Origin: Limisphaerales bacterium
GTDB taxonomy: Bacteria > Verrucomicrobiota > Verrucomicrobiia > Limisphaerales > JAJOIW01
DNA: 12,344 bases
Reading direction: 5' to 3'
Assembly: GCA_965657355.1 (NCBI GenBank)
Contig: CBFHOE010000001.1
Location: 507,559-519,902, forward strand
Position 1 is the stretch's first letter, and every line of letters starts with the position of its first letter. The translations under genes were made by a program, and so were the position numbers. The notes below the pieces were generated by a model. That model searched no databases, was not told where the DNA came from, and was given only the letters and a program-made list of their open reading frames with translations. Of this stretch, positions 1 to 6,531 are shown one piece after another.

Positions 1-54
1 GTGGCGATTCAATCTGTTCTCAAACCTCATATGGCCAATTTCATTACGCATTGA
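1..54 (+). CDS. Probable 3' end of an upstream gene (partial, ...VAIQSVLKPHMANFITH*)
   Basis: Frame +1 is open from the window edge to TGA at 52-54, 56 bp before the co-oriented 111..1910 gene. Too short to identify. Confidence 0.4.
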   Translation: MAIQSVLKPHMANFITH

Positions 55-110
55 GTTGTTTAAAAATAATTCATATAGATATTTAGTTCTTAGATCATTA
101 CGGCAATGGC

Positions 111-1910
111 ATGGGGTCCAGGGGAAAATATTTAATTATAGACGAATTAAGTTCGCGAGCTGCTCCTGTCGCCGGAAGGTCATATGCAGTAGAGAATGCG
201 GAAGAGCTGCCAGGAAAGCAGCTAATCATGCATGTTATCGATGTATCAGTGCATACTCATTCTTATAAAAATGAAGTATTTGAAATATTAGGAAAACTTC
301 GCGAACTTAGCGATAAATCCCCCTACTTTAGTCAAATTTTAGAAATTCATAAAGATGAGAGAGAAATTCGGTGGTTGGAGCCAAAATTGGAAACTGTCGT
401 CTTAAAGGAAAAAATTGAGGTCCATTGGACCGAGAAGGAAATTTATCGCTTTATTTATCAACTATCTGATGGGCTAGATCAATGGTGGCGGATTTCGGGG
501 AGAGCTCATGGGAACTTAAATTCTCAAAATATCTTTTTCGCGCATACTCGTTCAAATATGCCTGGAGTACGGACGGAAACTTGGCCAATTATTTCAGGTT
601 TTGATTTGTTGCCAAAAAACAATCAAGATGAGGGACTCAAGGGTGACCTACTTGCTCTTTCTAAAATAATTATCGAGGTGGTAACTAAGGAGTGTTGTGA
701 CGATTCAGAAATCCAATTTCCACTGCATCCTCATCCTGGCTGGGAAAATCTGGGGCATAAGAAAAACTACTGGTTAAATTTAGCCTCATGGTTGGCTTAT
801 CCTGGCCTAAATTTAAACGAGCTTAATGTTGGGAAATTAAAGTCCGATTTATCTAAGACCGAAAAGCCATCTGTTCGTATCACATTGGCTAGTGCTTTCC
901 TCGTTCTTTGTCTCAGTTTAGGAATAGCAGCCGCGGCACGGATGCATTTCTGGGCTGGTAGGGAGTCGGTCTTATACGAGGCCTCTGGTTCCCAACCTAT
1001 ACCTTCGGTCATAAGCAACAAGCAAGAATTAGATCGCCAAAATAAAGATCAAAAACTTTTCAAAAGCTTTGCACCAAAAATCTTGTCTAATGTATCCACT
1101 GTTATTGCGGGTCAGAGGGTATCCACCAATAATTCAATCGATATGCCTAAAAATAATAGGTCGATAAAAGTTGATATCCAAAATAAATTACCAACTTTGG
1201 ACGGAGATGAATGGGTAACTATTTCAGGGCTTGCTTTTGTGTTTATAAAAGATTTACCCGAGATCAAGATTGACCCAAATAGTCGAACATTTTTTTCTTC
1301 AGAAAAAGCCGCCTTGCGCGATAGTGACGCTGGTGGTTTTTCAAGTAAGGGCGGTTATTTTGGCCTTATGGAGGTGAGTCAATCTGTTTTTCGAAATGTG
1401 ATGGGAGATAATCCTTCTATTGGTCAAGGGCCTGATCTTCCAGTAAATTCAGTTTCGTGGGATGAGGCTCAGGAATTTTGTAGAAGACTCACTGCTCAGG
1501 AGGTTGCTGCAGGGCGTCTTCCTGATGGTTGGCTGTTTGCCATACCAACACGGGATCAGATCAATCATCTTGTTGGTATGTCGCAGACTGATCAAAGTGG
1601 TAAGGAACTTTTGAAGAACAAAGGTGATAATCTAGATTTTGGTGAGGTTTTGAGTCTGAATACTAGGCGCTTTAAACCAGAATCTGTAGATTATGGTCAA
1701 GCCGATAACAAATATAGGGTATCTGGTTTAATCGGTAATGTAAAAGAGTGGTGTTTTGAAGAAGTATCCAGAAAAGCAATGACCGCCGGCTGGTCTTATG
1801 ATTTTACAGGTAACACAGATGAGCGACCGTTCTTCGATACCCCAAAGGTAAATAGGAGTTTCAAAAAAGTCGGCTTTAGATGTGTTGTCGTAAAGGCTTT
1901 CAGTCGTTGA
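111..1910 (+). CDS. Membrane protein: N-terminal degenerate Ser/Thr-kinase-like domain, one TM helix, C-terminal FGE-sulfatase (SUMF1/EgtB/PvdO-type) domain
   Basis: 599-aa ORF. HGNLNSQNIF (from 507) and IISGFDL resemble the kinase HRDLKPxNI and KIxDFG motifs. Hydrophobic ITLASAFLVLCLSLGIAAAA at ~879-938. FGE-family motifs: EVSQ..F..VMGDNPS, LPVNSVSWDEAQEFCRRL, IPT, GNVKEWC and terminal VGFRCV. An in-frame TAG at 84-86 limits upstream extension. Confidence 0.85.
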   Translation: MGSRGKYLIIDELSSRAAPVAGRSYAVENAEELPGKQLIMHVIDVSVHTHSYKNEVFEILGKLRELSDKSPYFSQILEIHKDEREIRWLEPKLETVVLKEKIEVHWTEKEIYRFIYQLSDGLDQWWRISGRAHGNLNSQNIFFAHTRSNMPGVRTETWPIISGFDLLPKNNQDEGLKGDLLALSKIIIEVVTKECCDDSEIQFPLHPHPGWENLGHKKNYWLNLASWLAYPGLNLNELNVGKLKSDLSKTEKPSVRITLASAFLVLCLSLGIAAAARMHFWAGRESVLYEASGSQPIPSVISNKQELDRQNKDQKLFKSFAPKILSNVSTVIAGQRVSTNNSIDMPKNNRSIKVDIQNKLPTLDGDEWVTISGLAFVFIKDLPEIKIDPNSRTFFSSEKAALRDSDAGGFSSKGGYFGLMEVSQSVFRNVMGDNPSIGQGPDLPVNSVSWDEAQEFCRRLTAQEVAAGRLPDGWLFAIPTRDQINHLVGMSQTDQSGKELLKNKGDNLDFGEVLSLNTRRFKPESVDYGQADNKYRVSGLIGNVKEWCFEEVSRKAMTAGWSYDFTGNTDERPFFDTPKVNRSFKKVGFRCVVVKAFSR

Positions 1911-1931
1911 TAGGATGAGATTTTAAATCTA

Positions 1932-2546
1932 TCAGCCATTCGAGTTTGAGAAGAATGACACAGCCGCAAATATGACTGCAATCACAATACAGGTCACAAT
2001 AAAATACCCTGCAAATTTCATAATCTGACCTGTTTTCTTTAATCGGACATTTGACTCATCATTTTCTATTTTTAGAATCTCAAATTGGCGAGCAAGATTT
2101 GTGTTGCTTGCCAAATCATCTTTGATTTTTTGGAATTTCCATGTCTCCCTCCAATCTCCAAAGCCAGGAGGTAATTGGTCCATTATTTCCTGTGGCGCTG
2201 CATCAAACCCCATTTCTTCCCAGTGAGTATCCTTCAAGCATGTCCATATGCGCCAAACTTGCATTGTCTCACAAACATTAAGGGCATGCACGGCAAGCTC
2301 CTTCCTTAAATGTAGGGTCATCCCAGAAGACCAGCACTCGTGGTGAATTAATCCTTGCCTATCTACAACCTTAATACCCACAGCTGCCTGCAGTTCACCG
2401 CTTTCATCCTCGGCAATATGAAATTCAGTAAGCCTTTGTTCAAGTAGGATCGGATCAAAATCATGCCTTTCCCAAAGTGAGCTCAATACCTCCAGGTCAT
2501 CGATGTTGGCTCGACGAAACTTATATTGATCTAGAGAATGTTCCAC
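1932..2546 (-). CDS. GNAT-fold-like hypothetical protein with C-terminal transmembrane anchor
   Basis: 204 aa, GTG start. FRRANIDDLEVL, HIAEDESGELQAAVGI and HWEEMGF follow the GNAT pattern (R-x-A-xx-xD, beta strands, F/W-xx-xGF). C-terminal hydrophobic FAGYFIVTCIVIAVIFAAVSFF is preceded by RLKK. Confidence 0.7.
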   Translation of the reverse strand: MEHSLDQYKFRRANIDDLEVLSSLWERHDFDPILLEQRLTEFHIAEDESGELQAAVGIKVVDRQGLIHHECWSSGMTLHLRKELAVHALNVCETMQVWRIWTCLKDTHWEEMGFDAAPQEIMDQLPPGFGDWRETWKFQKIKDDLASNTNLARQFEILKIENDESNVRLKKTGQIMKFAGYFIVTCIVIAVIFAAVSFFSNSNG

Positions 2547-2552
2547 ACTTAT

Positions 2553-2580
2553 AAAATAGTTGAATACACAATGATGTAAA
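2553..2580 (-). promoter_or_regulatory. Possible sigma70-type promoter for the GNAT-like gene (leaderless arrangement)
   Basis: Minus strand reads TTTACA-N16-TATTTT, then 6 nt, then the GTG start at 2546. No Shine-Dalgarno is present. AT-rich context makes a chance match possible. Confidence 0.3.
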
Positions 2581-2593
2581 GATTCTGAAAATT

Positions 2594-3415
2594 TTGATAA
2601 CTAAGCAACAGATTAAAAATTTCGATAAAAACAGCAAATATCTACTGCCTTACAAGACCTTGAAAACTCCTGACGTGGTTAACCACCTCAGAAAATTTGT
2701 GGTACAAGGCGAAAAGTCCATAGTGAGATTGCTTAAGAGCCCGTGTTCAATAGAGTCCATTTTATGCTCTGAAAGATTTTACGAGAAGATCTCACCTTGG
2801 CTAAAAGATCGCAAAGAAGAAATTATGGTATTTGAAGGAACGTCCGAGGAAGTAAGATCTGTGATTGGTTACCAGATGTATCAGGAGGTTATGGCCGTCG
2901 CTCAAATCCCGAAAACAAATTCCCTTGAGTCCGTCATGTTGACGGCCAAAAAACCTTGGTTTTTTGTTGCTGTTGATGGCTTAAGCAATGCCGAAAACAT
3001 GGGGACACTTATTCGAAATTGTTCGGGATTCGGTGTCACAGGACTTATTTATGACAAATCATCCTGTAGCCCATTCCTAAGAAGATCTGTAAGATGCACT
3101 ATGGGGACAATTTTTAATATTCCTATTATTGAAGTCTGTGAACTGGGCGCAGCTTTAAGGAAGCTCAGAGAAAAGCAGGTTACGATATTTGGGTCCTTTC
3201 CTCATAGAGCACAAAAAGTTCTTTCGGATGCGCCATTTAAAAAGGATTGCTGTCTTTTGTTTGGTTCTGAAGGAAAAGGTATGAGTGATTCCATCACATC
3301 TCAATGCGATTTTTCGGTAACTATACCCATGCACAGCGGTACCGATAGCCTTAATGTTGCATCGGCTTCCGCCGTATTTCTGTATGAGGTATGCAGGCAA
3401 AGGGGCATCACGTAA
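2594..3415 (+). CDS. TrmH/SpoU (SPOUT) family RNA 2'-O-methyltransferase
   Basis: 273 aa, TTG start. SPOUT motifs DGLSNAENMGTLIRNCSGFG, LLFGSEGKGMS and IPMHSGTDSLNVASAS. N-terminal substrate-binding region (FVVQGEKSI). RNA target not assignable. Confidence 0.93.
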   Translation: MITKQQIKNFDKNSKYLLPYKTLKTPDVVNHLRKFVVQGEKSIVRLLKSPCSIESILCSERFYEKISPWLKDRKEEIMVFEGTSEEVRSVIGYQMYQEVMAVAQIPKTNSLESVMLTAKKPWFFVAVDGLSNAENMGTLIRNCSGFGVTGLIYDKSSCSPFLRRSVRCTMGTIFNIPIIEVCELGAALRKLREKQVTIFGSFPHRAQKVLSDAPFKKDCCLLFGSEGKGMSDSITSQCDFSVTIPMHSGTDSLNVASASAVFLYEVCRQRGIT

Positions 3416-3436
3416 ACGATTCACACAGCCGTAAAA

Positions 3437-4012
3437 TTATTGAGGTTTCTTATAAAACTTATTGTGAATAGCCGCAAGTATGCCACTCAATGCCCCACTA
3501 AAATGAGCCTCCCAGCTTACTTGAGGCATTTCGGGGTTAGGTAAAACCCCGGTTAGAATTCCACCGAAAAAGAATAACACTATAAAACTAACTAATATTG
3601 TTAGAAACCGCCCAAGAAATATGCCCATTAAAATGAGGTAACAAACCAAACCAAAAATGACACTACTGGCTCCCAAATGGATCGAATCCACGGAGCGGAA
3701 TCCCCCGATAATCCAAGTGCCTAGCCCGCTTGCTATCCATATGACCCCAAATGTCCATTCTGGACGAAATTTTTTTTCGCTAAAAAGTATGACTGTATTC
3801 ACCCAGAGAGGAATTGTGTTGGTGAAAAGGTGATCCCATCCGTAGTGTAAAAGAGGAGCGAATACCACGCCAATAAATCCCACAATTGACCACGGGCGAA
3901 TCCCAAAGCGATCTAGCCTAAAACCCGTAAAAGAGTCAACGATTTCTAAAATGACTATGATCATCACTAATTGATTAGCGAATCTCACTGAGTTGAAAAA
4001 TGACTTGGGCAT
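3437..4012 (-). CDS. Rhomboid family intramembrane serine protease
   Basis: 191 aa, multi-TM. Motifs PLLHYGWDHLFTN, catalytic G-A-S (HLGASS, 3662-3673 for GASS) and SWEAHFSGALSG carrying the catalytic His. Confidence 0.92.
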   Translation of the reverse strand: MPKSFFNSVRFANQLVMIIVILEIVDSFTGFRLDRFGIRPWSIVGFIGVVFAPLLHYGWDHLFTNTIPLWVNTVILFSEKKFRPEWTFGVIWIASGLGTWIIGGFRSVDSIHLGASSVIFGLVCYLILMGIFLGRFLTILVSFIVLFFFGGILTGVLPNPEMPQVSWEAHFSGALSGILAAIHNKFYKKPQ

Positions 4013-4025
4013 CTTGTGATAAGCC

Positions 4026-4195
4026 TTCTACATAGTTTAACGCCAACCACAATAACGGGCTGACTGACCTGTATCAATGATGATCCTTTAACTCGAGAAG
4101 AAGAGACACTTCCGTAAGGCATTAGTCAAAATAATGGCTAATGTCCTGACTGTGTGGGTTCATCAAATAGTCTCGACTGGAAAGAATTAATAGAA
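4026..4195 (+). ncRNA. Candidate structured RNA (rod-like, possibly 6S-like) in divergent intergenic region
   Basis: Nested complementarity found by eye: 4118-4128/4135-4145 (11 bp, 2 G-U), 4106-4109/4152-4155, 4078-4087/4156-4165 (9 of 10 paired), and weaker 4026-4038/4184-4195. Family and strand unconfirmed. Confidence 0.3.
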
Positions 4196-4235
4196 ATCAG
4201 TTGAAATATTCGGCGGATAATGGATTGGATAGGAT

Positions 4236-5603
4236 ATGAACCAGATAATTTTGCATAATTTAAAGTGTCATCTAATCTCGATTGGGATTCTCTTCATCGC
4301 AATAAACCTTGGCTTAATCAGTCAGTCTTTCGCGGCTGAAACGTCGAAAAAGCAGCCAAATATCATTTACATCATTTCGGATGACCAAGCATGGACTGAT
4401 TATAGTTTTATGGGCCATCCGTATATTCGCACTCCAAATATCGATAGATTGTCCAGGCAAAGTCTTTTATTCAAAAATGGCTACGTAACGACAAGCCTTT
4501 GCAGCCCATCTTTAGCAACAATCATCACAGGTCTCTACCCTTCTCAACACAAAATCACAGGTAATGAACCACCTTCTCCTTTAAATGAAGATGGAAAGAG
4601 GCTTCCAAGAGGAAAGGCCTTTTATGACGGAAGAATAGAAATGGACGACATTATTAAAGGAACTGAAACTCTTCCAAAAATGTTAAGAAGGCATGGTTAT
4701 AGAAGCTTTCAGACAGGAAAATGGTGGCATGGCAGTTACAAATTGGCAGGGTTTGATGGAGGGATGACGCATGGTGACCCTTTGCGAGGTGGACGCCATG
4801 GTGATGTCGGTTTAGAAATAGGCAGAAAAGGGCTTAATCCAATCTTCGATTTTATTGAGAAAGAATCTGATAAGCCATTTTTCGTATGGTATGCCCCATT
4901 TTTACCGCATACTCCTCATAATCCCCCAAAGCGCTTGTTGGAAAAATACGCTAAAAGTGCTCCAAGCCTTTCGATCGCAAAGTATTGGGCAATGTGTGAG
5001 TGGTTTGATGAAACTTGTGGTGAACTTATACAATACCTTGATAAAAATGGCCTTAGAGAAGATACAGTGATTATGTACGTCACTGACAATGGGTGGATAA
5101 ATCAGAAAAACGCCTCAAGATATGCCAAAAAGTCGAAAAGATCACCCTACGATGGGGGGCTGAGGACTCCGATAATGATCAATTGGAAAGGTAAGATAAA
5201 ACCTACGGTAGCCCCTGATTTGGCAAGTAGCATTGATTTGGTTCCAACGACCCTAAAGCTCATTGGTGCAGAAAAGCCGGAAAGACTCATGGGAGTGGAT
5301 TTACTTGATAAAAATCAGAGGTCAAATCGAAATACCATTTTTGGAGCGATTTACCTTCACGATGCAAATAGCATTCACGATCCTAGAGAAAACCTCACTC
5401 ATTGGTGGGCTAGGAACAATCAGTGGAAGTTAATTATTCAAGGTAATTTAGATAATGCTAAATCGTTGACTGGCATAGAATTATATAAAATGCATACGGA
5501 TCCGATGGAGACTGTAAATCTGGCGAGTTATGAGACTATGGGAATAATACACAAGCTAACATCGTCAATCATTTCATGGTGGGGTGAAACATATCTCCGT
5601 TAA
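4236..5603 (+). CDS. Secreted formylglycine-dependent (S1 / arylsulfatase A-like) sulfatase
   Basis: 455 aa with Sec signal peptide ending SFA|AE. Motifs PNIIYIISDDQ, TPNIDRL, active-site LCSPSLATIITG (Cys at 4500-4502), GYRSFQTGKWW, PHTPH, TDNG, K.SPYDGGLRTP, IDLVPT and ELY....DPMETVNLA. Confidence 0.95.
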   Translation: MNQIILHNLKCHLISIGILFIAINLGLISQSFAAETSKKQPNIIYIISDDQAWTDYSFMGHPYIRTPNIDRLSRQSLLFKNGYVTTSLCSPSLATIITGLYPSQHKITGNEPPSPLNEDGKRLPRGKAFYDGRIEMDDIIKGTETLPKMLRRHGYRSFQTGKWWHGSYKLAGFDGGMTHGDPLRGGRHGDVGLEIGRKGLNPIFDFIEKESDKPFFVWYAPFLPHTPHNPPKRLLEKYAKSAPSLSIAKYWAMCEWFDETCGELIQYLDKNGLREDTVIMYVTDNGWINQKNASRYAKKSKRSPYDGGLRTPIMINWKGKIKPTVAPDLASSIDLVPTTLKLIGAEKPERLMGVDLLDKNQRSNRNTIFGAIYLHDANSIHDPRENLTHWWARNNQWKLIIQGNLDNAKSLTGIELYKMHTDPMETVNLASYETMGIIHKLTSSIISWWGETYLR

Positions 5604-5640
5604 GCCTAAAAAATTTAAGTTAAATCTAATTATTCATTAG

Positions 5641-5666
5641 AGAGGTGATTTGAATCACCTCTTTTT
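5641..5666 (+). terminator. Intrinsic terminator of the sulfatase gene
   Basis: Perfect stem AGAGGTGAT-ttga-ATCACCTCT followed by TTTT, 37 bp after the stop codon. Confidence 0.8.
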
Positions 5667-6033
5667 CGTATCTAACTTTAGCCAAGTAGTTTATATCAAA
5701 AATTTATGAATAACTTTTAATTTGTTAAATCTGACAATGTTGGTTAAGTCGGATTTGATTTGGTCCTTAAATTAAAAAACATCAAAATTTTTTACCCCTA
5801 GGTTAATCAAAATGAAATGCTTTGAATTAATCGAAAAAGGGGGCAGATGGATTTTTTTAGCTTCTTTATGATTAAATTGGATTCTGTAAATTGCTTATAA
5901 AGAATATATTATAAATATTTTGGTTTTTTAACTGTGAAATAGGATCCTGAAATCAATTTTATAATTCAAATTTGATACGATTACGATTGAAGTTAAAACT
6001 ATGGGTATGTCCTTTTATTAAGCATAATCTGTC

Positions 6034-6062
6034 TTGATATGATACGTGTTTTGTTGCATACT
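6034..6062 (+). promoter_or_regulatory. Sigma70-like promoter upstream of the 65-aa ORF
   Basis: TTGATA (6034-6039), 17-nt spacer, CATACT (6057-6062). Predicted start ~6069, about 13 nt before ATG 6082. Confidence 0.45.
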
Positions 6063-6081
6063 TTGAAGATAGTTATTCGCT

Positions 6082-6279
6082 ATGAAAATTTCTGCCCATA
6101 TCACCGAGAAACTATTCTCTTCGCTCAGGCTAGATAGTTTGTTTTCAAAGAGAAAAAAAACTAAGGCAATGAGAAGAACACAAGTTTTTCACAGATTTCG
6201 TGAAGCTCACCCATGTCCAGTCAGAAAGGATGGCTATTATGGGATGCCTATCGGTAGTCGTTTCGATTCCAAGTCTTAA
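6082..6279 (+). CDS. Small basic hypothetical protein (65 aa)
   Basis: The only ORF of 60 aa or more in a ~930-bp gap. ATG start, promoter-like element upstream, hairpin plus T-rich tract downstream. Weak or no SD and no recognised domain. Confidence 0.45.
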   Translation: MKISAHITEKLFSSLRLDSLFSKRKKTKAMRRTQVFHRFREAHPCPVRKDGYYGMPIGSRFDSKS

Positions 6280-6307
6280 TCTTCAAATGACATACATTGG
6301 AATTCAG

Positions 6308-6337
6308 GGTCATTAGTATTGACCATTTTTTACTTTT
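6308..6337 (+). terminator. Possible weak intrinsic terminator after the 65-aa ORF
   Basis: GGTCA-N7-TGACC followed by ATTTTTTACTTTT. Stem is only 5 bp. Confidence 0.35.
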
Positions 6338-6531
6338 CCGGGTCTAGAATAGATTCGAAATCTTCATGACATCTCGTCGCAAACAATTGACTTGGACGAT
6401 TATCAAATCCAAGTATTAATTTTTTTAAATTCTGTCAGCATGGATACGTTTCCTGCATCTGACACCCGCCGTGTTACCTCTGCTGGTTCTATTAAAATTC
6501 ATTGATTCTTTAGATGCTTAAATCCGAAACT

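Noticed and set aside
56..268. 70-aa Cys/Arg-rich ORF
   Set aside because: Out-of-frame overlap with the 599-aa gene; composition is typical of a shadow frame.
1780..1895. C-terminus of the FGE/CLec-fold domain as a diversity-generating retroelement variable region
   Set aside because: The fold and position fit DGR targets, but I saw no template repeat, reverse transcriptase or avd gene in the window. A remote TR can only be excluded by BLASTn against the whole genome.
1215..1895. FGE-like domain as the maturase of the nearby sulfatase
   Set aside because: It lacks the catalytic Cys pair, is fused behind a TM, and is not co-transcribed with the sulfatase.
1918..1930. AGATTT-T-AAATCT palindrome between convergent stops as a bidirectional terminator
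   Set aside because: AT-rich, 1-nt loop and no U-tract; too weak.
1932..2045. C-terminal TM of the 204-aa protein as a GlyGly-CTERM rhombosortase signal
   Set aside because: There is no GG motif before the helix, and the basic residues precede rather than follow it.
4013..4235. Known riboswitch, SRP RNA or hammerhead ribozyme
   Set aside because: By eye, the core motifs for TPP, SAM-I, cobalamin, glycine, fluoride, SRP and hammerhead (CUGAnGA...GAAA) are not matched.
5604..6081. Replication origin
   Set aside because: AT-rich, but there is no perfect or clustered TTATCCACA-type DnaA box and no dnaA/dnaN/gidA context.
6330..6502. Frameshifted minus-strand gene remnant across the A7 run at 6420-6426
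   Set aside because: Joining the frames gives only ~55 aa with no convincing start, SD or recognisable similarity.
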